Below the pieces are notes generated by a model, which was not told the DNA's origin, made no database searches, and was given only the letters and a program-made list of their open reading frames with translations. Made by a program: the position numbers and the translations under genes. A stretch of 56,159 nucleotides of DNA from an uncultured Alphaproteobacteria bacterium. GTDB lineage: Bacteria; Pseudomonadota; Alphaproteobacteria; RF32; CAG-239. Positions 7,779 through 18,240 of the stretch are shown here, piece after piece. Location: positions 1 through 56,159 of the forward strand of contig CAMAJR010000003.1 in the NCBI GenBank assembly GCA_945835885.1. The letters run 5' to 3'. How positions within the stretch are numbered: position 1 is the first letter of the stretch; the number at the start of each line of letters is the position of its first letter.

Positions 7779-9608
7779 ATGAGTATGAGAAATATTGCGA
7801 TTATTGCCCACGTTGACCACGGCAAAACAACGCTCGTGGACGGGCTTTTGCGCCAAAGCGGAACTTTCCGTGACAATCAAAAAGTCGTCGATTGCGTGAT
7901 GGACAGCAACGATTTGGAACGTGAACGCGGTATTACCATACTTTCAAAATGCACGTCGGTTGATTGGAACGGCACACATATCAATATTGTCGATACGCCG
8001 GGACACGCTGATTTCGGCGGCGAGGTCGAGCGTATTCTCTCAATGGTTGACGGTGTGGTGTTGCTCGTAGACGCTTCCGAAGGTCCGATGCCGCAAACAA
8101 AGTTTGTTTTGGGAAAAGCGCTCAAAATCGGCTTAAAACCGATTGTTGTGATTAATAAAGCCGATAAGGCGGATGCACGTCCGGACGAAGTCTTAAATGA
8201 GATTTTTGACTTGTTTGTGAGCTTAGATGCCAATGACGAACAACTCGATTTCCCTACCCTTTATGCCAGCGGGCGCAATGGTTGGGCCGTGCGCGATTTA
8301 GCCGATGAACACAAAGATTTGACGCCGCTGTTTGAAACGATTGTTTCGTATGTCAGCGAGCCGGTATGCGAGCCGGATAAACCGTTTAAGATGTTGGCAA
8401 CCACGCTTGAAGCCGATAAGTTTGTCGGTCGTATTTTGACCGGAAAAATTCAAAGCGGCAGCGTTAAAGTAAATGACACGGTTAAAGTAATTAACAAAAA
8501 CGGCGAAATCGAACGCACAAAAATCACTAAAATTATGGCGTATCAAGGTTTGGAACGGACTGCGCTGAATGAAGCGCACGCCGGCGATATTGTTGCGGTA
8601 GCGGGTATTGTAAAAGGCACGGTGGCCGACACGATTTGCGCTTTAGAGGTTCCGGTAACGGACTTTATTCACGCTCAACCGATTGACCCGCCGACACTCG
8701 TGATGACCTTTTCGGTCAACGATTCGCCGCTTGCCGGCCGTGAGGGCGATAAGGTAACGTCGCGTGTGATTTGGGCGCGCTTGGAAAAAGAGGCGGAAGG
8801 TAATATTGCCCTCAAGATTTCACGCACCGATAATACCGACAGTTTTGAGGTTGCCGGTCGCGGCGAGTTACAACTCGGTGTTTTGATTGAAACAATGCGC
8901 CGCGAAGGGTTTGAACTCTCGATTTCGCGCCCGCGCGTGATTATGAAGCGCGACGAAAACGGTCAACTCTTGGAGCCGATAGAAGAAGTCGTGGTCGATG
9001 TTGATGAAGAATTTTCCGGCACCGTGGTTGAAAAAATGGGACAGCGTCGCGCCGAAATGACAGATATGATACCGTCGCAAGTCGGCAATAAAGTGCGCCT
9101 GATTTTTCACGCACCGTCACGCGGTTTAATCGGTTATCACTCCGAATTTTTGACCGATACGCGCGGCACCGGTGTTATGAACCGAATTTTTTACGGTTTT
9201 GAGCCGTATAAAGGCGAAATTGATGACCGTCGCAACGGTGTGATGATTTCAAGCGAAGACGGGCAGGCAATCGCCTACTCTTTGTGGAAGTTGCAAGACC
9301 GTGGTCCGATGTTTGTTGAGCATAACTCGCCGGTTTATGTCGGAATGATTATCGGCGAACATAACAAATACAACGATATTGACGTGAACCCGACTAAATC
9401 GAAGCAGTTGACCAATATTCGGGCAGCCGGAAAAGACGAAGCCATCGATTTAATTCCGCCGAGAAAATTGAGCTTGGAACAGGCATTGTCGTATATTCAA
9501 GCAGATGAATTGCTTGAGGTTACGCCGAAATCACTTCGTTTGCGCAAGCGAATCTTAGACCCGATTGCACGCAAACGCGCAAAAATAGCAGCCGGTGAGC
9601 CGGAATAA
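7779..9608 (+). CDS. typA: translational GTPase TypA/BipA
   Basis: [59 protein letters not shown]. Confidence 0.97.
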   Translation: MSMRNIAIIAHVDHGKTTLVDGLLRQSGTFRDNQKVVDCVMDSNDLERERGITILSKCTSVDWNGTHINIVDTPGHADFGGEVERILSMVDGVVLLVDASEGPMPQTKFVLGKALKIGLKPIVVINKADKADARPDEVLNEIFDLFVSLDANDEQLDFPTLYASGRNGWAVRDLADEHKDLTPLFETIVSYVSEPVCEPDKPFKMLATTLEADKFVGRILTGKIQSGSVKVNDTVKVINKNGEIERTKITKIMAYQGLERTALNEAHAGDIVAVAGIVKGTVADTICALEVPVTDFIHAQPIDPPTLVMTFSVNDSPLAGREGDKVTSRVIWARLEKEAEGNIALKISRTDNTDSFEVAGRGELQLGVLIETMRREGFELSISRPRVIMKRDENGQLLEPIEEVVVDVDEEFSGTVVEKMGQRRAEMTDMIPSQVGNKVRLIFHAPSRGLIGYHSEFLTDTRGTGVMNRIFYGFEPYKGEIDDRRNGVMISSEDGQAIAYSLWKLQDRGPMFVEHNSPVYVGMIIGEHNKYNDIDVNPTKSKQLTNIRAAGKDEAIDLIPPRKLSLEQALSYIQADELLEVTPKSLRLRKRILDPIARKRAKIAAGEPE

Positions 9609-9666
9609 TTATCGCCCTTGAATCTGTGGCAAAAATCGTTTATTCTATAAGGCAGTGGAACTGAAA

Positions 9667-10236
9667 ATGGCTGATGACAGAATAAAAAAATGTCCGGAGT
9701 ATTGTCCGTTTTTGCAGGCGCATAACACTTTTTGCGCATTGTTTCATCGCACTTTGCAAGCGGTTCAGGGGTTGGCGCAAAAGTGTGAAGAATGTATGAA
9801 TCCGGAACAGCGTATGAGTTCATATAAAGCACTCGGCTTGAGTTTGGACGGTCGCGCCGAAATGTGGCAAAAAGCCATTTATAAGCACAATGAAATCGAG
9901 CTCGGCAAAAAGCGTGAAGAAGAAGCCGTGCGCAAAAAATTTGCCGAATTTTTGGAAGATAAATTCGGCTCAAAACCGCCGTTAGAAGGAAATGTCTATC
10001 TGACAAGTTTAGTGATTAATCTTTATATGGTGTTAGATGCGACCGAGCGCAGTATGATGATGGCTGTGTTGAACGGTAAAAGCGGACTTCAGTTGATTGA
10101 GGCGCTTGACCGCTCTCCGAAGGACGAAACGTTACTCCGCAACTTCCGTCGTGAGTTGGATGAACAGTTTAAGGAATATCAACTTGAAATTACGCGCGAA
10201 CAGCAACAACGCGCGAATGTGAATCAGCGTATGTAA
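9667..10236 (+). CDS. hypothetical protein with N-terminal Cys cluster
   Basis: CPEYCPF..FC..KCEEC followed by helical/coiled-coil region; putative promoter TTGAAT-17-TATTCT at 9618-9646; start ATG 9667 or GTG 9655. Confidence 0.7.
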   Translation: MADDRIKKCPEYCPFLQAHNTFCALFHRTLQAVQGLAQKCEECMNPEQRMSSYKALGLSLDGRAEMWQKAIYKHNEIELGKKREEEAVRKKFAEFLEDKFGSKPPLEGNVYLTSLVINLYMVLDATERSMMMAVLNGKSGLQLIEALDRSPKDETLLRNFRRELDEQFKEYQLEITREQQQRANVNQRM

Positions 10237-10247
10237 AAAGATTTTTG

Positions 10248-10276
10248 TTGCTTTTTTGTCAATTTTATTTTATAAT
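10248..10276 (+). promoter_or_regulatory. sigma70-type promoter
   Basis: TTGCTT-17 bp-TATAAT upstream of GGAG RBS and ATG 10302. Confidence 0.6.
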
Positions 10277-10301
10277 GCTCTCAAATTTTGGAGAATGACT
10301 G

Positions 10302-12572
10302 ATGGCAACAGAGAAACTTCTTGTAAAAACCAAAGATAACCGTGTTATGGCTTTTGACATCACTTTTGCCAATGCTGCAGAAAAAGCACGGCTGAAACAT
10401 CAGTGCGAAACAATCGCAAACGGTATTGATTTTAATGCCGGATTTTCTGGCGTTGTCCTTCCGGCCGGCGTAATGTATGATACGAAAAATTCAGAGTTCT
10501 TAAACAAAGAAATATCCGGTTATCATTATCGTAAAAATCGTGCGGCTTTTACCAATGATATGCGTCATGACCCGCCGGCACAACCGAATACGCTTTATTT
10601 ATCTCACCGTATGGACGATAATGCGTTTCCGGAAGTTGTTAAAAATCTCGGATTTGAAATTACGCCGACAGACAAACAATACACGACTCATTATGATTCG
10701 ACAAAGCGAGAGTTTGTTACAACCCCTGATTTTGATAGAACTCATGCGTTGGTCTATGCTGCTTCACATCGTATGGAAATTGTCCGCAATCATTTTCGCT
10801 TTTCGCCACAAGATTATAGTTTATTAGAAAATTTAAAACAGCAGTTTAATCGGGAAAAACATACGCATCCCGATTTAACGGAAGGCGATTTTGCCGGAAG
10901 TTTGACTGATGATAAACAACGTGCTTTATTTAGTTTTTATGCCAATGAAGTTAATCAAACGCGTCATTTTTCGACGGTTGTTCATCACGAGTTAAAGCAC
11001 GTTTATAATGCTATGTTTAGAGACGGATTATCGCTGAAAAATAATTTTAAGCGTCTGCAAACGGAAGATTATTACCGGATTGCGGTTGAAGATGAGCGTA
11101 GCGCGTATTTGAGCGAATTGGTCAAAAATATCAATGAGTATCTGAAAAAAGGCGATATGAATGATTTTTCAATGTTTAACAGTAACAACAGCGAAGTTGC
11201 GGAGGCATTGAAAAATTTGCATACGCCGGAAGAACGGTTGGCGTATGCTACGAATTGGCCGAATTTGGTAGCTCAAAAAATGCACTATTTTGAAACATCT
11301 CATCGTGACTATTATGATAAGGGTATGAAAGACGAGCGTATTAGCTATACCGATAAGCTTGTTAAGAGTTTAACTCAATACCTGAAGAACGATAATATGG
11401 ATGATTTTTCGATGTTTTCAAGCGAAAATCAGCGTGTTGTTGATGAATTAAGGCGCCTGAATCCGCCTTCGGAGCGTAAGACATATTTGACTGATTTAAA
11501 TAATCGTGCGGATTTAGTCAATCGCGAGCTTCAAAGATTTGATGTTGCGCATCCAGACGTTTCAACCTGCGGTCAACCGTTTAAGCTCGATAACTATGAC
11601 GCCGACGGGGATAATTTTGATGAGCAATTTTATCAAAACGTTAAAATGTATGTTGATAATGCGCCGCTTGCCGCACCGGAAGACACCGATAAAAGCGAAT
11701 TTAAGAAGTTGCGTTCGCTGTATTATAATTTTGAAATTTATAATCCGAACACGCACCGTATGGAACATAAAAATTTGGCGCATTATATCACGCCTGATTT
11801 AGAAGTTTCGCTTAATCACGATGCACAAAGAATAATCAACGCCGCCGATGAGCGATTGCAACGACGGAAAGACCAGTTCAACAACGACTGCCGCACCGGT
11901 TTGATTGATACAAACTTAATCTATCCGGCAAAAGCGTTGATACGCAGTAATATTAACAACAGCGAGTATGTGACGCAAGTCGAAAGTTTGCGTGTAGCAG
12001 AGTTATTTAACGACGGGACAGATACGCCGACACCTTCATCTGCCACAACCTCTGTCTCTACTCCGCCAACGCCGGATGATCGCGCACAATGGAGTGACGA
12101 CTTGCAGCGGTATTGGCAGCAAGTTGACGGTTATCTTGAAGTTGCAAAAAATAATAACGAATATATGTTTAAGATAAGAGAAGCCACGGTTCGTTATACA
12201 GGGAAAAAACAGGTTGAAGTCAGCAGTAATGCCGATTACAATATTTATGACAAGATGCTGAAAGAGCCGACTAATCGCGCCGCGCCGGTTGAGTTTTTAG
12301 ACACACTGAGTAAAGAGCAAAAATTATTGCTTTATATTGCGTGCGTCAACAACGGGCGGCGTATGGTCGGAAAAGTTCCGACGGATTTATCGGGTATCGA
12401 CCGCTTGCAGGGTGTTCCCGAGGCGGAAATGAACAAATTTCGGCACAGACAACAAAATGCGTCTTCAAATTCGCCGACACCGCAGCGAGAATTGCCGCAG
12501 CAACAGCGGTCACGGCAAATGTCATCAACGGTTCAACGTGCAAAAATGTTGAGCAATTTACGAGGGCGATAA
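10302..12572 (+). CDS. hypothetical 756-aa protein with HExxH zincin motif, internal duplication and LPD7-like C-terminal domain
   Basis: VVHHELKHVY followed by EDERSAYLSE; duplicated YLK..MxDFSMF...V...L..L....ER..Y segment; Pro/Thr linker; basic tail ending LRGR. Confidence 0.75.
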   Translation: MATEKLLVKTKDNRVMAFDITFANAAEKARLKHQCETIANGIDFNAGFSGVVLPAGVMYDTKNSEFLNKEISGYHYRKNRAAFTNDMRHDPPAQPNTLYLSHRMDDNAFPEVVKNLGFEITPTDKQYTTHYDSTKREFVTTPDFDRTHALVYAASHRMEIVRNHFRFSPQDYSLLENLKQQFNREKHTHPDLTEGDFAGSLTDDKQRALFSFYANEVNQTRHFSTVVHHELKHVYNAMFRDGLSLKNNFKRLQTEDYYRIAVEDERSAYLSELVKNINEYLKKGDMNDFSMFNSNNSEVAEALKNLHTPEERLAYATNWPNLVAQKMHYFETSHRDYYDKGMKDERISYTDKLVKSLTQYLKNDNMDDFSMFSSENQRVVDELRRLNPPSERKTYLTDLNNRADLVNRELQRFDVAHPDVSTCGQPFKLDNYDADGDNFDEQFYQNVKMYVDNAPLAAPEDTDKSEFKKLRSLYYNFEIYNPNTHRMEHKNLAHYITPDLEVSLNHDAQRIINAADERLQRRKDQFNNDCRTGLIDTNLIYPAKALIRSNINNSEYVTQVESLRVAELFNDGTDTPTPSSATTSVSTPPTPDDRAQWSDDLQRYWQQVDGYLEVAKNNNEYMFKIREATVRYTGKKQVEVSSNADYNIYDKMLKEPTNRAAPVEFLDTLSKEQKLLLYIACVNNGRRMVGKVPTDLSGIDRLQGVPEAEMNKFRHRQQNASSNSPTPQRELPQQQRSRQMSSTVQRAKMLSNLRGR

Positions 12573-12701
12573 ATCCGAACTTTTTTCCGGCTCACAGAGT
12601 GCATAATTTACAAAAAAACGATTCATTTATCGCAAAAAACATAAAAACCTCTGGAGAGTCAAAAAATCGGCCTTATTTTTAATTTGGGAATTTTTAACAA
12701 A

Positions 12702-14042
12702 ATGGATAACAAAACAATATATGCTTTATCAACCGTGTTCGGAAAATCCGGTGTGGCACTGATAAGAATCTCCGGTAAAAACGCATTTTTGATTTTTGAT
12801 AAAATGACGGCGTTGCCGGCGGAAAAGATTACACCGCGCAAAATGTTTTTTACGCAAATTTTTGACAGTGTTTCACATGAAACATTGGATAATTGTTTGA
12901 TTGTCGGATTTAAGGCGCCGCACTCATTTACCGGAGAAGACAGTGTCGAAATTAACTGCCACGGCTCAAAGGCGGTTATTCGCAGTATCTTAAACGCTCT
13001 CGCCGTTTTACCGGACTTTCGTTTGGCCGAACCCGGTGAATTTTCTCGTCGTGCGTTTTATAACGGCAAAATGGACCTGACCGAAGCAGACGGTTTGGCA
13101 GATTTAATCGATGCTGAAACGAGAATACAGCAAAAAACAGCGCTCAGACAGATGGGTGGAACACTCCTCAACCTTTATGATGCGTGGCGCGGTGAATTGG
13201 TTGAATTGTTGGCATATATAGAAGCATATATTGATTTTCCGGAAGAAAATATACCACAAGACACTGTTTTTAAAATAGAAAACAGTGTATTTAAAATAAT
13301 ACAGGCGATAGAATCGCATATTAGTTCCAATAAAGTTGAAGAACGATTGCGTGACGGCTTTCAAGTTGTTATTGCCGGTCCGACCAATGCCGGTAAATCG
13401 AGTTTAATTAATGCAATTGTCAAGCGTAATGTTGCGATTGTTTCCGATATTGCCGGCACAACGCGCGATGTGATAGAGGCGTATGTGGATTTAGACGGCT
13501 TTCCTGTTGTGTTCTCGGACACTGCCGGTCTGCGTGATTCTGCCGATAAGATAGAAAAAATCGGCATTGAGTTGGCACGCGAAAAAATTGCGGCGGCGGA
13601 TTACAATATATTTATGTTCGACGCGGCGGAAACATCACCGGATATATTTGCCAAACTCATTGAAAAGTCAGAACATTATATGCTTGTTGCCAATAAATGC
13701 GATAAAATTGATGAGGCGAAAAAACAAGAGTTGGCAGGAATAGGGTGTATTTTGATTTCGGCAAAGCAAAATGAAAATATTGCCGCAATTACAGAGCAGT
13801 TACGCACGCATTTTGAATCAATTTATGAACAAGGCGCGGCGTGTTTAATGACGCGTCATCGTTACAAAGAATCGTTGGTTGAATGTCTTGAAAATCTAAA
13901 GCGCTTTAACTTGAAAAAAGATATAGAATTGGCTGCTGAGGACATTCGATTGGCGTGTCGTGCCATCGGTAAAATTACCGGCCAAGTTGAAGTTGATGAG
14001 ATTTTAGATAAAATATTCAGCAGTTTTTGTATTGGAAAATAA
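12702..14042 (+). CDS. mnmE: tRNA modification GTPase MnmE
   Basis: TIYALST, PHSFTGEDSVEINCHG, GPTNAGKSS, GTTRD, DTAG, C-terminal FCIGK; ATG 12702 preferred over TTG 12684. Confidence 0.97.
   Translation: MDNKTIYALSTVFGKSGVALIRISGKNAFLIFDKMTALPAEKITPRKMFFTQIFDSVSHETLDNCLIVGFKAPHSFTGEDSVEINCHGSKAVIRSILNALAVLPDFRLAEPGEFSRRAFYNGKMDLTEADGLADLIDAETRIQQKTALRQMGGTLLNLYDAWRGELVELLAYIEAYIDFPEENIPQDTVFKIENSVFKIIQAIESHISSNKVEERLRDGFQVVIAGPTNAGKSSLINAIVKRNVAIVSDIAGTTRDVIEAYVDLDGFPVVFSDTAGLRDSADKIEKIGIELAREKIAAADYNIFMFDAAETSPDIFAKLIEKSEHYMLVANKCDKIDEAKKQELAGIGCILISAKQNENIAAITEQLRTHFESIYEQGAACLMTRHRYKESLVECLENLKRFNLKKDIELAAEDIRLACRAIGKITGQVEVDEILDKIFSSFCIGK
12869..12884. promoter_or_regulatory. parS site (one mismatch), inside mnmE
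   Basis: TGTTTCACATGAAACA versus consensus TGTTTCACGTGAAACA. Confidence 0.75.
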
Positions 14043-14210
14043 CACTGTATTTAAATGAATTGAATCGATTTCTGAACTTGTTTTTTTAAGATTCTGAATT
14101 GACTCGATAAAACAGTGTTGTTTGAACGGTGTTTTTAAATCATTTTTCCGATTTTCTGTTTGCATTTTGAATTGAGTTGTTTTATTGTAGCGCAAAACAA
14201 TGAGGTAAAG

Positions 14211-16058
14211 ATGAATAATAAATATGATGTAATTGTTGTCGGCGGCGGACACGCCGGTTGTGAGGCAGCAGCGGCTTCCGCGAGAACAGGTGCTAAAACA
14301 GCTTTGATAACGCATAAAATCAATAAAATCGGAGAAATGTCGTGTAATCCGGCTATCGGCGGCTTGGGAAAAGGGCATTTGGTGCGTGAAATTGATGCGC
14401 TCGACGGGTTGATGGGCCGCGTTATCGATAAGGCCGGCATTCAATTTCGGATGCTCAACCTTTCTAAAGGAGCGGCGGTTCGCGGACCGCGCGCACAGGC
14501 CGACCGCGAACTCTATAAAAAATATATGCTCGAAGCGTTGCAACAGACAGAAAATTTGGATATAATTGAAGGTGCGGCAGAAGGTCTGCAAATTGAAAAG
14601 GGTAAAATTTACGGTGTTACTTTGGCTGATGGCACGCAAATTTCTGCAAATGCCGTAGTTTTAACAACCGGCACATTTCTTAACGGTGTTATGTTCACCG
14701 GTCATCAAACAACCGAAGGCGGTCGTGTAGGAGATGAGGCGTGCCGAGGAATAACACCGTATTTAAAGCAGGCCGGATTACAACTCGGACGCTTGAAAAC
14801 CGGAACGCCGGCACGCTTAAACGGCAAGACGATAAATTGGGATATTTTGGAACGTCAGGCAGGCGACGAAAAGCCGGTTCCGTTTTCGTTTTTGACCGAG
14901 AAAATTACAAATCCGCAAATTGAGTGCGGCATAACCTATACAAATGAATCAACACATAAAATTATTCGCGAAAACTTTTCAAAATGCGCACTTTTTTCCG
15001 GATTGATTACCGGACGCGGTCCGCGTTATTGCCCGAGTATTGAAGATAAACTTGTGCGCTTTGCCGACCGGACGTCGCATCAGATATTTTTAGAGCCGGA
15101 GGGCTATAATACCGATGTGGTTTATCCGAATGGAATATCGACTTCTTTGCCGGCAGATGTGCAAAACGAATTTATTCACACGATGAAGGGGTTGGAAGAT
15201 GTCGAGATTTTACGTTATGCCTATGCAATAGAATATGACTATGTTGACCCGCGCGAGCTCAACCATTGTTTAGCGGTTAAAAAGGTCGATGGTTTATATT
15301 TGGCCGGACAAATAAACGGCACGACCGGTTATGAAGAGGCCGGTGCACAGGGCTTGCTTGCCGGTGTGAATGCCGCGCTCTATGCGATGCAAACGGGGAG
15401 GGAGTTTTATATTGACCGCAGTCAGGGCTATATTGGCGTGATGGTTGATGACTTGATTACCAAAGGTGTCGATGAGCCGTATCGTATGTTCACATCGCGT
15501 TCGGAATACCGCTTGCTGTTGCGTGCCGATAATGCAGATATGCGTTTAACTGAATTAGGTTATGAAGCGGGTTGCGTCGGAAAAGAGCGAATCAGTGTAT
15601 TTAAACAGAAAAAACAAGAGATTGAAAAATTTAATGCCTATTGCGAAAATCATTCAGTGTCGTTTTCTGAAATAGAAAAGCAGGGCTTAAGCGTTAAACA
15701 CAACGGCAAAAAGACGTTGAAAGATGTTATGTCTTATCCTGATGTTTCACGTGAAACAATCGAAAAGATTGATTCTGAAATCAAAAAGATAAATGAAAAA
15801 GTTTATGAACAGGTTGAGATTAACGCAAAGTATTCCGGATACTTAAAACGTGAATACGAGGATATTGCCGTATTTAAGAAAGATGAAAATTTGAAAATCC
15901 GTGATGACATTGACTATGCTAAAATCGGCGGACTTTCAACGGAAATGGTGCAGCGTTTTTCCACCGTTCGTCCGAAAACCATCGGTGAGGCATCGCGTAT
16001 AACCGGTGTTACACCGGCAGCAGTAACAGCTCTTTTGGGGTATATTAAAAATGCTTAA
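14211..16058 (+). CDS. mnmG: tRNA uridine 5-carboxymethylaminomethyl modification enzyme MnmG (GidA)
   Basis: [49 protein letters not shown]; GAGG RBS before ATG 14211. Confidence 0.97.
   Translation: MNNKYDVIVVGGGHAGCEAAAASARTGAKTALITHKINKIGEMSCNPAIGGLGKGHLVREIDALDGLMGRVIDKAGIQFRMLNLSKGAAVRGPRAQADRELYKKYMLEALQQTENLDIIEGAAEGLQIEKGKIYGVTLADGTQISANAVVLTTGTFLNGVMFTGHQTTEGGRVGDEACRGITPYLKQAGLQLGRLKTGTPARLNGKTINWDILERQAGDEKPVPFSFLTEKITNPQIECGITYTNESTHKIIRENFSKCALFSGLITGRGPRYCPSIEDKLVRFADRTSHQIFLEPEGYNTDVVYPNGISTSLPADVQNEFIHTMKGLEDVEILRYAYAIEYDYVDPRELNHCLAVKKVDGLYLAGQINGTTGYEEAGAQGLLAGVNAALYAMQTGREFYIDRSQGYIGVMVDDLITKGVDEPYRMFTSRSEYRLLLRADNADMRLTELGYEAGCVGKERISVFKQKKQEIEKFNAYCENHSVSFSEIEKQGLSVKHNGKKTLKDVMSYPDVSRETIEKIDSEIKKINEKVYEQVEINAKYSGYLKREYEDIAVFKKDENLKIRDDIDYAKIGGLSTEMVQRFSTVRPKTIGEASRITGVTPAAVTALLGYIKNA
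15743..15758. promoter_or_regulatory. parS site, inside mnmG
   Basis: Perfect palindrome TGTTTCACGTGAAACA. Confidence 0.88.
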
Positions 16059-16896
16059 TATTCAAAGTTTTTCATATCATACACATACCAATTTTTCTGA
16101 TGGTCGCAATTCGCTTGAGGATATGGTGCAACGTGCTAAACAAATCGGCTTTACCGAAATGGGTGTTAGCGACCACTTAATCGTTCATAAAAATATGAAA
16201 CAGGATGTCAGTTGGCCGCTTTTAAAAGATGTTAATGCGCGGCACGTTTATAATGACGACTTTAAAAGTATATTAGAAAAATATAAGCGTCATTGTGATG
16301 AAATTCGGCGTGTTTCAAAGCAGGAAAATTTTAAATTATACGTCGGTTTTGAAGTTGATTATTTTCCCTATGACGGTTGGGAAGAAGAACTTAAGTGGTT
16401 TATTTCGCAGTTGGATATCGATTATTTGCATACGGGAAATCACTTTTTTTGTGAAGAAGGTTTTGAACATATCATCAATATGACATTTTTTAAGCAAGTT
16501 TGTCCGGATACATCGCGTTATGCCGAGTATGTCAGGCGCCATTTTGAAACAATGAAACGCGCCGTGGAAAGTAAATTATTCAAGTTTTTGGCGCATATTG
16601 ATTATGTGCGTCGTTATGGCGATGATGTCTGCGGTGTTGATGAGTATATGTTGGAAAAAATACAAGTTCTTGACGCATTACAAAAAAATGATGTGGCGCT
16701 TGAAATTAGCACAAAAGGTTTGCGTAAAATAGGGGATTTTTACCCGAGCGCACCAATTTTGCAAGCGGCAGCAAAGCGTAATCTAACAGTTGTTATCAGT
16801 GATGATGCACACAAACCGGAAGAGCTTGGAATGGATTTTGATAAGGCAGAGGATATAATCAAAAAATACGGATTTAACAAGCGATTAAAATTTTAA
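16051..16896 (+). CDS. PHP-family phosphatase (histidinol-phosphatase HisJ/HisK-like)
   Basis: [40 protein letters not shown] motifs. Confidence 0.85.
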   Translation: MLNIQSFSYHTHTNFSDGRNSLEDMVQRAKQIGFTEMGVSDHLIVHKNMKQDVSWPLLKDVNARHVYNDDFKSILEKYKRHCDEIRRVSKQENFKLYVGFEVDYFPYDGWEEELKWFISQLDIDYLHTGNHFFCEEGFEHIINMTFFKQVCPDTSRYAEYVRRHFETMKRAVESKLFKFLAHIDYVRRYGDDVCGVDEYMLEKIQVLDALQKNDVALEISTKGLRKIGDFYPSAPILQAAAKRNLTVVISDDAHKPEELGMDFDKAEDIIKKYGFNKRLKF

Positions 16897-16947
16897 ACGG
16901 TATAGACATTCAGCATTATAAATCGCATAACAGAAAGTTTGGCTTAA

Positions 16948-16988
16948 AAATCCCCCTCTGAAAATTTATTTCAAAGGAGGATTTTTTT
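16948..16988. terminator. probable bidirectional intrinsic terminator
   Basis: aaatccccctctgaaa...tttcaaaggaggattttttt imperfect hairpin between convergent genes. Confidence 0.6.
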
Positions 16989-17069
16989 CAACTTCTCTTT
17001 ACTTGGTATAGTTCAGTATAGTGGGTTATTGCATTATTTGAATCTTGAGTTTTTTGCCTTAAATCTAAT

Positions 17070-17844
17070 CTATTTGTCTGGTATTGGAAACATAAGAAAC
17101 AGAAGCTCCTCCTCTACAATTGCCGAAACCTGATTCAATAATATGTTTTCCATCATTTTTTCATATTGAAAATATGGAATGTCTTTGCTGGTATCTAACC
17201 TCCCTTTATATTCATACGCATCTTCCATACTTTGTAATATTTTTTCTGATTTCTTGTCTGTTTTCAACATTTCCGGTGTAACAATCGGCTTAAAACTTTC
17301 ATGATTATATTCTTGTTTTTCTTCAATTTCCCGTTTAAGAGTTTCACCGCGGACATTATTCATTGCTGCCACATAATCTCTGGTTGTAGCGCCATTTCCG
17401 TCTGTAAAATGAGTGTCGACATCTATTTTAATAAAATATCTTGCAATTTGATATGCTTTTCAGACGGGTCTTTTCCATTTGAAGAAGGTTTTTTCCTGAA
17501 ACATTTGCATCCATGCAGATAGTTTTTTCTACTTCCTTAAAATCTTTATTTTTAGCGCTTGGGCAAACATTTTATTGGCAGAAATGATAAGATTTTGTTT
17601 TTACTTTTCAAGTTTCATTGCCTCTATTTTCAGTTTGTTTAAAGTTGAAGTATCAGCTTTCTTTTCGGCATAAAATTGACCATCATCAGTGTTTACATAG
17701 ATGGAATCGGCGTCAGGATGATTTTTTCCCATGTTTCTGTTTTTTGTTTGTTCTTAATGGCGGAAACAGCTGTTACGCCTCCGATTCCCAATGTTGCGAT
17801 AGTGCCTCCGATGAGAAAATTTTTTATTTTGTTCCTGTGCTCAT
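17070..17844 (-). pseudogene. decayed gene for an exported or membrane-anchored protein, possibly ankyrin-like
   Basis: AAGGAG RBS plus ATG at 17844 (MSTGTK*); shifting frame gives NFLIGGTIATLGIGGVTAVSAIK (TM/signal); further frameshifts and stops lead into the 17070..17372 ORF. Confidence 0.6.
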
Positions 17845-17996
17845 AGCTTTTCTCCTTATTTATTAAATATAACTACATTCTACCCCTTCCTTATAGACAA
17901 AAGCTAAGTTTTTTGTAAAAAATATTTTTGAGCAAAAACGATAGTAAAAAACGCTCTGTTAAACGAATTTGTTGGAATATGCGCAAAGAACTTGAA

Positions 17997-18128
17997 CGTC
18001 ATCTTGAGGAGGCGAATGCCGATGTGATGATTTCCTCTCTCGCCGTGCGACCTCGGGCGTTATAAAGCGGCGATTGCACGGCGCCTAAGGGGATTCTTCA
18101 TTTCGCTGGCGCTACATTGAGAATCGCG
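17997..18128. repeat. degenerate CGTC-type REP-like palindromic element
   Basis: GC-rich patch in an AT-rich spacer: cgtcatcttgaggaggcgaatgccgatgtg... and ...ggattcttcatttcgctggcgctacattgagaat, resembling CGTCATT(G/C)..AG / GATTCTTC..AGAATGAC repeat ends. Confidence 0.45.
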
Positions 18129-18240
18129 TGTTCGCTTTTTCAACAATTTTGTTAAATATAACGTAAAAAATTAGCTTAATAAACATTATATTTTGTTGCA
18201 AAATATAAAGAATCGCGCATAATGAATTTCAGAGGTTAAA

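Noticed and set aside
17618-17866. 82-aa plus-strand ORF (and 17301..17522)
   Set aside because: Antisense shadows of the minus-strand pseudogene, which has the RBS and the protein-like composition.
12573-18240. Replication origin (oriC) within the mnmE-rsmG region
   Set aside because: No cluster of DnaA boxes found by eye in the intergenic spacers; parS sites indicate proximity only. The one perfect intergenic box seen (25972) is isolated.
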